From a virus (Duplodnaviria > Caudoviricetes), in IMG/VR virus record IMGVR_UViG_3300032116_000002: DNA of 64,000 nt. One strand, written 5' to 3'. A model generated the notes under the pieces. That model saw nothing but the letters and a program-made list of their open reading frames with translations, was not told the origin of the DNA and ran no database searches. A program made the position numbers and the translations under genes. Of the stretch, positions 20,057 to 29,437 are shown one piece after another (position 1 is the first letter of the stretch; each line of letters starts with the position of its first letter).

Positions 20057-21274
20057 TTAAAATGTTATTGATCCGTTACCGGTAAATTGGTATATTTTAT
20101 AGCCGCTAGCAGTTGTAACTGTTGGGCTACCTGTAGTAGATGACGGATCATCAAAGCTTGATAGATATCTAAGTATAACAATACCCGAACCACCCGAACC
20201 ACCCGAAGCATAACTTCCTGCTCCATTTTGTGCGCCACCGCCACCTCCACTACCGGTGTTTGTTGTTCCGTTACCACCTGTTTGTATTGGGAAACCTGAA
20301 CCAAAACCACCGCCACCTGAGCCACCGTCTGAAGTTGCCATAGAACCATCAGTATTGGTTCCTCCGCCACCTCCACCAGCTCTTGTAACTGCCGTACCTG
20401 TTATTGAAGAAGTAGCTCCGGCGCCACCTGCTCCTCCTCGGGCTCTATTGCTACCAGTACCAGCTGAGCCTGCAGCACCTGCGCCACCACCTCCACCTCC
20501 GACAAATCCATTAAATGCTCCGCCGTTATTTCCCTCACCAGCTGTACCTGTACCTGAAGCAACGGTTCCACCGCCACCTCCCCCTCCACCTGAACCACCA
20601 CTACCTGTAGTAGCTAAAGCACTTCCTCCTCTGCCCCCGCCTGTCGATGTGATAAACAAATTGATTGGACCAAAGCTACTGTCACTTCCGTTAGAGACAC
20701 TTGGACCTCCACCTGCGCCACCGCCGCCCACACTCACGCTGTAATTAACCCCTGATGTGACAGAATAACCAGAGGCTGTTCTATAGCCGCCAGCTCCTCC
20801 GCCACCTCCACCACCACCTAAGCTGGCACCACCTCCGCCACCGCCCGCAATTATTAGATACTCAAGTGATGTAGGTGGATTACCCGGTGTTACAGATAAG
20901 CTAGAAGATGAGTCTGCTGACGCTCCTCTTGCATTAACTGATTTGACAGTAAAAGAATAGCTTGTTCCATTTGTTAATCCTGTTACGGTAATAGGACTAC
21001 TAGCGCCAGTAGCAGTAATATTACCCGGCATTGCAGTTACTATATATGAAGTAATAGCAGTTCCACCATTTGAAGCAGGGGGAGTAAATGTAATTGTGGC
21101 TTGCATGTTGCCTCTTGTTGCACTTACATTAGTTGGAGGTCCAGGCAAACCTGACCAAGTACCACTAGCAGTATATTGAATAGCTTCACTAGCAGAAAAC
21201 ATTCCGCTAGCACTACTATTAGTAACAGTAGGTCGTGTTGCAGAAATTATTCCACCAGTATATCTTTTTGGCAT
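20057..21274 (-). CDS. FN3 plus glycine-rich domain protein (405 aa)
   Basis: PGPPTNVSAT...FTPPASNGGTAITSY...GLTNGTSYSFTVKSVN is a fibronectin type III signature, followed by the Gly-rich domain. TAATG overlap with the adaptor gene. Confidence 0.8.
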   Translation of the reverse strand: MPKRYTGGIISATRPTVTNSSASGMFSASEAIQYTASGTWSGLPGPPTNVSATRGNMQATITFTPPASNGGTAITSYIVTAMPGNITATGASSPITVTGLTNGTSYSFTVKSVNARGASADSSSSLSVTPGNPPTSLEYLIIAGGGGGGASLGGGGGGGGAGGYRTASGYSVTSGVNYSVSVGGGGAGGGPSVSNGSDSSFGPINLFITSTGGGRGGSALATTGSGGSGGGGGGGGTVASGTGTAGEGNNGGAFNGFVGGGGGGAGAAGSAGTGSNRARGGAGGAGATSSITGTAVTRAGGGGGGTNTDGSMATSDGGSGGGGFGSGFPIQTGGNGTTNTGSGGGGGAQNGAGSYASGGSGGSGIVILRYLSSFDDPSSTTGSPTVTTASGYKIYQFTGNGSITF

Positions 21275-21645
21275 TAGCTAATGTCCTCGTAGCTCACAGT
21301 AACGATTAATGCGTTTGCAGTACCTGCTGTAGCACCCAAACTGTTATTTTCTTCTAGATAGTATTGACTTGTTTTATCTATCACATTTAATGTAGAATAT
21401 GCAGGTACGCTGACACCTCCTGCAATACTAAATGATGTACCAGTTAAGTTAGCAGCATTGTTAAAATTAATTGTTACATTTGCTGCTGTTCCTGTATAAT
21501 TTGAAACATTTAGTGTATTAACTTTTAAACATTTACCTGAACTTGCTGGATTGTTTAATACTGTTGTGGCGCTAGTTGATGTTAAGTTTGCACCTGTTGT
21601 TTTACCGTTTATTGTCGTTGCGCCTATTAAATTTGGTGCAGCCAT
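21274..21645 (-). CDS. Small adaptor-family protein (123 aa, MAAPNLI)
   Basis: KVNTLNVSN, VPAYSTL, YYLEEN, SYEDIS motifs. Confidence 0.8.
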   Translation of the reverse strand: MAAPNLIGATTINGKTTGANLTSTSATTVLNNPASSGKCLKVNTLNVSNYTGTAANVTINFNNAANLTGTSFSIAGGVSVPAYSTLNVIDKTSQYYLEENNSLGATAGTANALIVTVSYEDIS

Positions 21646-21646
21646 T

Positions 21647-24592
21647 TTATCCTCCGAATACTAAATTATAACCTACTACTCTGGCTTCACTTACGCCAGC
21701 TGAAATTCCTGTTAATTGACTACCATTACCTATGAAATTAGTTGCAGTTATGTTTCCTGCTACACTAAAACTAGATGTTGGTTTGGTATTGCGCCATGCA
21801 TTAGTTTCCCAAACATATAAAGTATTAGTATATGCATCAAAAGCTAAATCGCCATTGCTATTATCAACTAATGGCAAGTAGCTTACATCTTCTACAACTA
21901 ACACTGTTGGAACTACAGCAACACCACTAGGAGCAATTAATGTAGCAGTACCAGCTACTTCCTGAATCTTATTCTTAAAGCTTGGGGTATTTTCAATATA
22001 TGTTGCCATATCTTGTGGTACGAATTGTCCTGCTGTTGCATCGTATACAAGACACATTTGATTCACCATGCTTGGTATTGGTCTTATTTCTACTGGTGTT
22101 TTATGTCCCTCTTTCATGTGTTGGAAATAAAGAACATAATTACCATTGACATTTGTTTCAACTGCTAAGTTTTTAATCGTTATAGCACCGCGCATAGGTG
22201 CATGATTGCCGCACTGATAATATAAAGTGTCAGGAGCATTATTAGCTACAGTGAAAGTTAATGTTTCATAACCTGACTGCCCGTTTCCTCTAGAGCCAGT
22301 AACTCCTGTTGTATACTCACCTACGTACTGACCCGAAACGAATCCAGTGCCGTTATCTGTTGTTATATAGAAAGGATGACTAGCAAGTGAACTATCTAAG
22401 TTAAAGGTATAGGTAGCACCACGGTATAATGGACCTATATTTCTGTTTTCACCTACGCCACTTCCACTAATACTATAAGCACCACTTCCATTTGCAGCAA
22501 CATTATAACTGACACCTGTTGGTATAGTTAGAGTTGGAGGTGTTACAGTAGATGGCACTGAGATGTTTAATCTTTGTACAGTGGTGTTAGCACCGCCATT
22601 AATGTTAGGATGACTGTGTGTAACGTTACCTACATTGTTTGCCCAACTGACTAAATTATCTAGTCCGGCGCCATCTACCCACTTTAGGTATAACCCGTGT
22701 CTTTGATCTAAGTTACCGTGTATTTCATTTGCAAAGTTATTAACTTGATATGTTCCCTGCTTATAGAGAGGTACTTGTATTTGTTGTTGATTAGTAATAC
22801 TAGTTCTTGCATATGGCAGTGAACTTTGAGTCCATGTCCATAACCACATAATGTCGTTACCTGGGCCAGATCCATCTGTATTGATAGTAAGAACTTCAGG
22901 TTGAATTGTAAGATTAAATGGTAATACATCCTCTGATGATAATGCTGTATTACCTAAATATATTGTATTACCTTCTAAATATAAATCTTTAAATCTATTT
23001 GTAGTGTTACCTAAACTATATGTGTTTGTTGTTGCAGGTATAATGTTACCCGCCATTGTTAAACTTGTTAAATTACCTACACTAGTAATATTAGGTTGTG
23101 CATTTGTTGTAACTGTTTGTGCGCTAACTGAGGTGGCTGAGAGTAATGAGGGTAACTCACGAATTTGTATTGATATGTTATTTGCAGGGGCACCAGCAAA
23201 ATTTACTGCGCTATTTGAAACTGTGTAGTCTGTAATTGGCATCTGTAAAATGCCGTTTTCAGTTACAATTAAACTATTTGCAGTAGCGGTAGATGAAACA
23301 TTGAAAACTGTTTGTACTCCGTTACCAGTATATGACCATAAATTAATTGATGCTGCTGCGCCACTAAAGGCAAAAGCTTGTACTTCAATTGGTACTCCGT
23401 TATCAGGTGCACTTGTAAATGTTATTACATTGCCTGTTAAGCTATAAGCTGTTTTAAGTTGTAATACACCGTCAACGTTAACTACTAATTGATTTTCACC
23501 GGCAGGTGTTGTAGTAAGTGTGAAAGCTGTTTGAGATCCATCTCCAGTAAAGCTATCAAGTGATACTGAAGCTACCGGGGTTTCTTGTGCAGCCCAACTT
23601 AAATTACCTGATCCGTCAGTTTTTAAAACTTGGTTGGCAGAACCACCAGTTATTTTTAAATTACTTACATTGCCTAAACTTACATTAGCTCCAGTGAAGC
23701 TTACATTACCCGTAACACTTAAACTTGTTAATGTACCAACACTTGTAATATTTGGTTGTGCGTTTGTTGTGACAGTTTGTGCTGAGGTTGCGGTAATACC
23801 AGTAAGTTGACTACCATTACCAATAAAGAAATTAGCAGAAACATTACCTGTATAATTTGGTAAGTAAGCAGCAACATTAGTGTCAGAATAACTAGCAGGT
23901 AATCCAGTCAGTTGACTACCATTACCGATAAAGAAATTAGCTGTTACATTGCCTGTTGTAGTGAATGCATTTGCTGACAGGTTACCTGAATAGTTTGGTA
24001 AATAATTTGCGGCCCAATCATTTGCTGTATTGCTAAACGCATTTGTGTTTAACTTATTTGCTAAACTGTTTGTTATTGAAGTAGAGAAACTTGCATCGTT
24101 ACCTAACGCATTGCTTATTTCACCTAATGTATCTAGTACAGCTGGTGCAGAATTTACTAGATTCGCTATTGCATTACCAACATAAGTTTCTGTAGCGTAA
24201 CCTGTTAGACTTACTTGATTTACAAAACTTAAGTTACCATTACCGTCTGTACTTATTAGCTGAGCGTTACTGCCTCCGGTAATTTTGACATTTGATACAC
24301 TACCTAAGTTTGCTGTACCAGTTGTTGTGATATTAGTGACAGATAAAGTATTAGTAGTTTTATCAAATGTAAGATTTGCTGATCCAGCAAAACTATTTGC
24401 ATCGTTGAATTGAAGTTGAGTATTTGATCCTGCTGCCCCCTGTACAATATTGTACGGAGTGCCATTGGCGGTTAAAATATTGTTGGTTCTAATGTTTCCA
24501 GCACTTACATTGCCGGCCGTTGTCAAACTATTCGCAACGTAGTCACCAGTTGTATCAAAATTTCGGGGTTTTATGCGTCCTAATGTAGCCAT
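21647..24592 (-). CDS. Shaft/fibre protein (981 aa) with cupredoxin-like domain
   Basis: Fibre modules plus HPF...YYQCGNHAPM; hydrophobic end VVGYNLVFGG. Confidence 0.8.
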   Translation of the reverse strand: MATLGRIKPRNFDTTGDYVANSLTTAGNVSAGNIRTNNILTANGTPYNIVQGAAGSNTQLQFNDANSFAGSANLTFDKTTNTLSVTNITTTGTANLGSVSNVKITGGSNAQLISTDGNGNLSFVNQVSLTGYATETYVGNAIANLVNSAPAVLDTLGEISNALGNDASFSTSITNSLANKLNTNAFSNTANDWAANYLPNYSGNLSANAFTTTGNVTANFFIGNGSQLTGLPASYSDTNVAAYLPNYTGNVSANFFIGNGSQLTGITATSAQTVTTNAQPNITSVGTLTSLSVTGNVSFTGANVSLGNVSNLKITGGSANQVLKTDGSGNLSWAAQETPVASVSLDSFTGDGSQTAFTLTTTPAGENQLVVNVDGVLQLKTAYSLTGNVITFTSAPDNGVPIEVQAFAFSGAAASINLWSYTGNGVQTVFNVSSTATANSLIVTENGILQMPITDYTVSNSAVNFAGAPANNISIQIRELPSLLSATSVSAQTVTTNAQPNITSVGNLTSLTMAGNIIPATTNTYSLGNTTNRFKDLYLEGNTIYLGNTALSSEDVLPFNLTIQPEVLTINTDGSGPGNDIMWLWTWTQSSLPYARTSITNQQQIQVPLYKQGTYQVNNFANEIHGNLDQRHGLYLKWVDGAGLDNLVSWANNVGNVTHSHPNINGGANTTVQRLNISVPSTVTPPTLTIPTGVSYNVAANGSGAYSISGSGVGENRNIGPLYRGATYTFNLDSSLASHPFYITTDNGTGFVSGQYVGEYTTGVTGSRGNGQSGYETLTFTVANNAPDTLYYQCGNHAPMRGAITIKNLAVETNVNGNYVLYFQHMKEGHKTPVEIRPIPSMVNQMCLVYDATAGQFVPQDMATYIENTPSFKNKIQEVAGTATLIAPSGVAVVPTVLVVEDVSYLPLVDNSNGDLAFDAYTNTLYVWETNAWRNTKPTSSFSVAGNITATNFIGNGSQLTGISAGVSEARVVGYNLVFGG
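21790..23110. repeat. Copy A of a ~1.3 kb direct repeat (copy B ~29730-31045)
   Basis: About 430 aa of near-identical translation in the 981 and 948 aa genes; DNA visibly very similar (roughly 80-90 percent by eye, not computed). Confidence 0.85.
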
Positions 24593-24629
24593 TATAATGT
24601 CTCAAAAATGAATTTTTGCACCTATAATG

Positions 24630-24637
24630 TATTTAGC
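24630..24637 (-). promoter_or_regulatory. Putative late promoter GCTAAATA
   Basis: TAAATA core in a 79 nt intergenic gap, 38 nt upstream of the ATG at 24592. Confidence 0.45.
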
Positions 24638-24671
24638 TTAAAATTACTAAGATCAGGACTGGGTCAGCTTT

Positions 24672-24899
24672 CTAGACTATTTTCATCCACCAAGATTTTT
24701 CGTCTATAAGTGTCTTTTTAATCAGAACCGTCATTGTTCCATATAGCATATATGGATTATAGTCGAATCTATTTTCTTCTTGGTAGTCGTCATGGGTCCA
24801 ATGATTTTCTGACTTATTATAAGTAAAGATGACATCCTCTATGTTTACAGTGTCACCGTCATTAGGTTCTCTAGGAATAATATTTGCTAAAGTAATCAT
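24672..24899 (-). CDS. Hypothetical protein (75 aa)
   Basis: ATGA overlap with the upstream gene. IPREPNDGDTV..FTYNKSENHW resembles the N-terminus of the 204 aa shaft (FPTTPTNGQ..YTYSSATNSW). Confidence 0.55.
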   Translation of the reverse strand: MITLANIIPREPNDGDTVNIEDVIFTYNKSENHWTHDDYQEENRFDYNPYMLYGTMTVLIKKTLIDEKSWWMKIV

Positions 24900-27800
24900 C
24901 TTGTTGGAAATGGTTTAGTTGGTAATGCTGGTATATCTGTACCATTATGACACATGGTCGCTATCCCATTTAATACTCTTGTAGAATATCTTGAAATGTT
25001 TTGCGTAAATCTAAAATCTTGCATATTTCCGCACCATTTTGAAGATTGATTGGCGTAATAATCAGCTCCTAACATCAAGTTACTCCAAGTGTACATATCC
25101 CAATCATGGTTAAGTGACAATGTTCCATTAGCTGTAGTTGGTGGACCATTCGACGAATATGTTCCCTGGTTGTTTGCCATACAAATTACTTGTTGAACTC
25201 CGTTAATCCAAAGTATCCAATTCTTTCCTGATCTGCATACAGCAACGAAATCCATATTTCCTGAACTCCTTAAGGCGACTTGAACACCTGATGTAAAAGT
25301 TGAGTAAGTTGTGTTGCTGCCTCTAACTAAAATCTGCCAATACCCAGCTGGGTTTATTCCCACCCAAAGGGCATTATTATAATGGAACAAACATGCTCCT
25401 TCAGTAGCAGTCATAAAGTTTGAACCACCTGATGCTAAATCATGCCAAGAAGCCCAACATTCAAATGTCAAATCTTCTCTGCGAACATCCTTATGTCTTG
25501 TACCCCACCAAGGTTCGTCTGAGCCAATCCTACAAACGTGTGTTGTATTGGTAGCATCGTTAGGGAATTTAATACTTGCTTTACCAAACTTTTTGTGTTG
25601 CGCATCTGGTAATACGCCATAGTAATAATAATATGCTCTATTTGATGAATCTAACATAGGGGCTGTGGCATATGAGAGGATATATGTGTTTTGATCGTAT
25701 ACCCATTTGCCCTTTGGTACAGTAATAGTTGTTGAGTCGTTGTTATATCTAGCAACATCACTAATTCTCATAGGACCGCCACCGTTATACTGTCGTATAT
25801 GATAAGTTATATCTGCACGGGTAGACTGACTAAAAGCTGTTGTTTGTTGTGCGACTCTTCTACCATTTATAAATAAAGCCATTCTGTTTGTTCTTGTTGG
25901 GTCAAATTGAACTGCCATATGATTCCAAGAATGTGGCTGAAGATTTCCTGTATTTCCACTTGTAGCAAGCTGCTGATAATTCGTTGTGCCTAAAAACATA
26001 CGGAAACTAACATCGTTTCTAGATGCAGCAGGTGTTGCAGCATTATTTAAATGGTAACTGAAATTCCAACCTGAATGACCATTAGAATCCGCACACTGAT
26101 GTTGTCCATGGGAGCTTGGACTACCTGGATTAACTTCATGCACATAAAAATATTGTTCAATAGTCCAAGCACGACTCATTCTTGGTATCCAACCTAACGT
26201 TGGTGCGAATGAGTTGTTGTTTGAGGTTTCTGGTAAATGGGCGTGCATACCATTGTTCCAATTAGGATATTGATTTGACCCCATAAATTGAGTATCATAA
26301 AAAGTTGGAAAATCAGTTTCTGGATCAAAGGGATTATACGTTGATCCACTATAAACGTCCCATGCACTTGTTAAATTTTCATTTAAATTATTCCAGCCAC
26401 CTGCAACAACATCATTTCTACCTGTTTCATCTCTTAAAGTTGCATTACATAAACTATAGAATACAGTATTTGCAGTAATATCCATTGGCTTAGTAGGAAC
26501 AAAAATTGATGATGGGTTAACTCCTACACCGCCGCTATACGCCCCGTACGCAGAAACACCTTTAACGATTCTGAAATTACTGATATGACCCCAAAACCCA
26601 TTAGCATAGCGTAAATTTATATAAGAACCATTACCGATGTGTATTCTATTTTGTGGTGCGTCAATTGAACTAGTAAAACGACTTTCTGCTTCTTTTTTAC
26701 CATTTACATATAATGCTATACTACCATTAGTTCTTTGAACAACAACGTGTGTCCATTTTCTTGTGTCTCCCCAAAGACCACGATGAGTAGTTAAAACCAT
26801 TGTATTGTTTGTTATAACTTCAAATCCACGCAAACCATCACCTGATTGAAGTACGATTCCTGCATCGTTGAACCAATTCCGTGTATCAAAGAAAGTTATG
26901 ATGAATGAATTACCTTCTGAGTTACGCCAATTTGAAGTAACAAAAAATTCTATACTAAAATCACCAGTTCCAAAACTAAAATCACCTGTTGTTGTTCTTG
27001 CCTTAATTACCTGTTGAGAACCGTTATAAAAATATGATGAGTGACCACCGTAATTACCTGTCGTACTTGTGCTTGTTCTTGATGTTATGTGTTTTTCACC
27101 AAAGTATTGATGACCTAAAACCTCTCTAAAACTATATTGTCCATATCCATCATTTATCCAACCACCATCCATTGGAATTTCTCTAGTTAGATTTCCTGCG
27201 CCGAAGGATAAAAATGATGTGTTAGCATCATTTGTTGTTGTGCAAACATTATCAATAAATGTTGATACCCCATTACTTTGAGGATTAATACCAAAAGCAG
27301 AAGTATATCTTGCAGTCTTGCTAATTTTTAAACAACACATTGAACTCGCAGCCGCTGCCAATTCAACATTTCGTGTTGCAAACATGTTTACATCATTGCT
27401 ATCATTGTAGTTAGTTGAGCATGTACCTGTATATGCTAGATAACCATTGACATAAATTTTAAATCCGTTAGTTGCTGTACTCTCTCTCACATATGCGATA
27501 TGATACCAACCACTGTGGTATATAGCATGGGTAGTTGTATTACCAGTATGCTGTGTTGCACCGTCACTCCATACAGGTCTAAAGTTACCATCTATGTATG
27601 CTGACCAGCCCGTTGAGCCTGCTGCACCTGCATTGCCTGTACCTTTGCCGCATAGTGGGAAATAACCTCTAGCATCACCCATTCTTACCCAAGCTTCAAC
27701 CGTAAAAGGACCGGTGCCAAAATTAAGATGATTTAATCCACCTGCTGTATAATCTTTCAGTCTAAACCATGTGCCATCTAACATAGACACAGAATGAAAA

Positions 27801-28813
27801 CCTCTACCTAAATATGGATTAGTGGCTTTATTCATGAATGGTGTATCGTTTAATCGCATTACCTGCGAACTATTCAGTGATATGGTTAAACCTTCTCTTT
27901 GCCATAATGGACTATTAGGATGCCATGGTTCTATAGCACCAATCGTCAACAGTGCAGGACTTGCCATTGTCAATGGAGTTGAAGGTCTTGTAAATGCTGC
28001 TGTATAAACAGCTCCACTGCTAATTCTAATGTCAGTTAATTTTCCATAATATGCAGAACTAGCGGTATCTACTCTGTCTCTGCCTATGTATAATGTATTT
28101 GTATCTGTAAAATTACCTGAAGATGTTCCTGTGGCGTAAAGTGCACCATCTACATATATTCTTGTATCGTTTGAACTTGTGCTTGTACGAACAATTGCAA
28201 TGTGATACCACTGATCTCTGTTTAATGCACTAGCACCTTGTATACTCACATTACCTACAGCATCGTAATATCCTAAAATATATGTGCTAGTTAAATATAC
28301 TACCCAACCGGTACCGGATGTTCTTCCTGCCTGCCCACCCTTACCTATGATGTAATGTTCAGTCGCATCATTTCTATGTAGGCATGCCCAAAATTCAATT
28401 GTAAATGCAGTTGTACCTAATCTTAAACTAGCTGTATCTGTGACACGATAGCATTGGTCATTAAAGTATGTGCTATGAAAGTGTTTAGGTCCTGCATGAA
28501 AGGGACTGCCATATGGCCAATCATTTCTAGGCTTTATATAATGTGCTTCGTGATTTTTACCGCTGTGGTCATGCATTGCGCCCGCAGGTTGTTCCTCAAT
28601 AGCATCAGTTAAATGCCAAACTACTTGCGAATAATATGGATCTCTATCTGGACCTGAAGGCCAAACAGTTTGGCTAGTATCATTTTGATTCGGCGCAGGC
28701 CAAGTACTTAATGATTTTCTTTTTAATGCATCTATATCATCTGCTGTAAAAACACCTGATCTGCCATCAAGTTTGTCAACAGGAAAACCACCTTTGTATC
28801 TATTATTTCTCAT
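24896..28813 (-). CDS. Divergent multi-LamG protein (1305 aa), about 5 LamG-like domains, no TIG or Ig
   Basis: FTIEFW/FTVEAW/FSIEFF/WTIEQY/LTFECW and WYHIA..R motifs; visibly richer in H, W, R, M than its paralogues. Confidence 0.8.
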   Translation of the reverse strand: MRNNRYKGGFPVDKLDGRSGVFTADDIDALKRKSLSTWPAPNQNDTSQTVWPSGPDRDPYYSQVVWHLTDAIEEQPAGAMHDHSGKNHEAHYIKPRNDWPYGSPFHAGPKHFHSTYFNDQCYRVTDTASLRLGTTAFTIEFWACLHRNDATEHYIIGKGGQAGRTSGTGWVVYLTSTYILGYYDAVGNVSIQGASALNRDQWYHIAIVRTSTSSNDTRIYVDGALYATGTSSGNFTDTNTLYIGRDRVDTASSAYYGKLTDIRISSGAVYTAAFTRPSTPLTMASPALLTIGAIEPWHPNSPLWQREGLTISLNSSQVMRLNDTPFMNKATNPYLGRGFHSVSMLDGTWFRLKDYTAGGLNHLNFGTGPFTVEAWVRMGDARGYFPLCGKGTGNAGAAGSTGWSAYIDGNFRPVWSDGATQHTGNTTTHAIYHSGWYHIAYVRESTATNGFKIYVNGYLAYTGTCSTNYNDSNDVNMFATRNVELAAAASSMCCLKISKTARYTSAFGINPQSNGVSTFIDNVCTTTNDANTSFLSFGAGNLTREIPMDGGWINDGYGQYSFREVLGHQYFGEKHITSRTSTSTTGNYGGHSSYFYNGSQQVIKARTTTGDFSFGTGDFSIEFFVTSNWRNSEGNSFIITFFDTRNWFNDAGIVLQSGDGLRGFEVITNNTMVLTTHRGLWGDTRKWTHVVVQRTNGSIALYVNGKKEAESRFTSSIDAPQNRIHIGNGSYINLRYANGFWGHISNFRIVKGVSAYGAYSGGVGVNPSSIFVPTKPMDITANTVFYSLCNATLRDETGRNDVVAGGWNNLNENLTSAWDVYSGSTYNPFDPETDFPTFYDTQFMGSNQYPNWNNGMHAHLPETSNNNSFAPTLGWIPRMSRAWTIEQYFYVHEVNPGSPSSHGQHQCADSNGHSGWNFSYHLNNAATPAASRNDVSFRMFLGTTNYQQLATSGNTGNLQPHSWNHMAVQFDPTRTNRMALFINGRRVAQQTTAFSQSTRADITYHIRQYNGGGPMRISDVARYNNDSTTITVPKGKWVYDQNTYILSYATAPMLDSSNRAYYYYYGVLPDAQHKKFGKASIKFPNDATNTTHVCRIGSDEPWWGTRHKDVRREDLTFECWASWHDLASGGSNFMTATEGACLFHYNNALWVGINPAGYWQILVRGSNTTYSTFTSGVQVALRSSGNMDFVAVCRSGKNWILWINGVQQVICMANNQGTYSSNGPPTTANGTLSLNHDWDMYTWSNLMLGADYYANQSSKWCGNMQDFRFTQNISRYSTRVLNGIATMCHNGTDIPALPTKPFPTR

Positions 28814-28814
28814 A

Positions 28815-29171
28815 TTATGATAGAGTTTCGAAACTTACTGTTAGTACTAATGCTGAGTTTGCGCTTGCTAAACCTCGTAGTGCATCACCTTCTCCTAAGT
28901 ATATTGGTGCATCTTTTCCAACAATGACTACAGTAGAGTTTGCAGGTATTAAGATTTGCCATGCTATAGGGAAATCTGCTGCACTGCGTCTTACTTGTAA
29001 TGTGACTGAAGCAGGAGAAGTAGCTTTATTAGCTACTATTAATGCAGAGACTTTAACTAGTTGATTGCTGGCTGCTGCGTTCTCTAAAATTTGAGTGTCA
29101 GAGGTAGTTAAGTTTACAAACAATGAGTCTGCTTTTATGTTCGTTACTGATGCAAGATTTGGATTTGCCAT
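28815..29171 (-). CDS. Small adaptor-family protein (118 aa, MANPNLA)
   Basis: KVSALIVAN, IPANSTV, IYLGEGD, SFETLS motifs. Confidence 0.8.
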   Translation of the reverse strand: MANPNLASVTNIKADSLFVNLTTSDTQILENAAASNQLVKVSALIVANKATSPASVTLQVRRSAADFPIAWQILIPANSTVVIVGKDAPIYLGEGDALRGLASANSALVLTVSFETLS

Positions 29172-29182
29172 CTGTGTTCCTT

Positions 29183-29395
29183 TTATATATCAATTATTGA
29201 GGATATTATTGTTGATCTAACAACATGTCTATCAATAGCATTACCAATTATATTACCAGATACTGTTAAATTTCCTGAAACTGTAATAGCGTCTGAAGCT
29301 ATTGTACAATTGCTTAAATCTAGTGTGTCACCTGCAGGAAGTTCTTGTATCTGAGATGCAGATGGGTTAACTATTAAAGGTATTCTATTAGCCAT
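29183..29395 (-). CDS. Minimal shaft-like protein (70 aa, MANRIPLIVN)
   Basis: Occupies the shaft position, 19 nt after GATAAATA with an AGGA RBS. One VSGNLTVSGN turn and hydrophobic end STIISSIIDI. Confidence 0.7.
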   Translation of the reverse strand: MANRIPLIVNPSASQIQELPAGDTLDLSNCTIASDAITVSGNLTVSGNIIGNAIDRHVVRSTIISSIIDI

Positions 29396-29413
29396 AAGTT
29401 TGTCCTATTTCTA

Positions 29414-29421
29414 TATTTATC
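29414..29421 (-). promoter_or_regulatory. Putative late promoter GATAAATA
   Basis: Intergenic, 19 nt upstream of the ATG at 29395. Confidence 0.6.
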
Positions 29422-29437
29422 GGATTTTTTCCTATTC

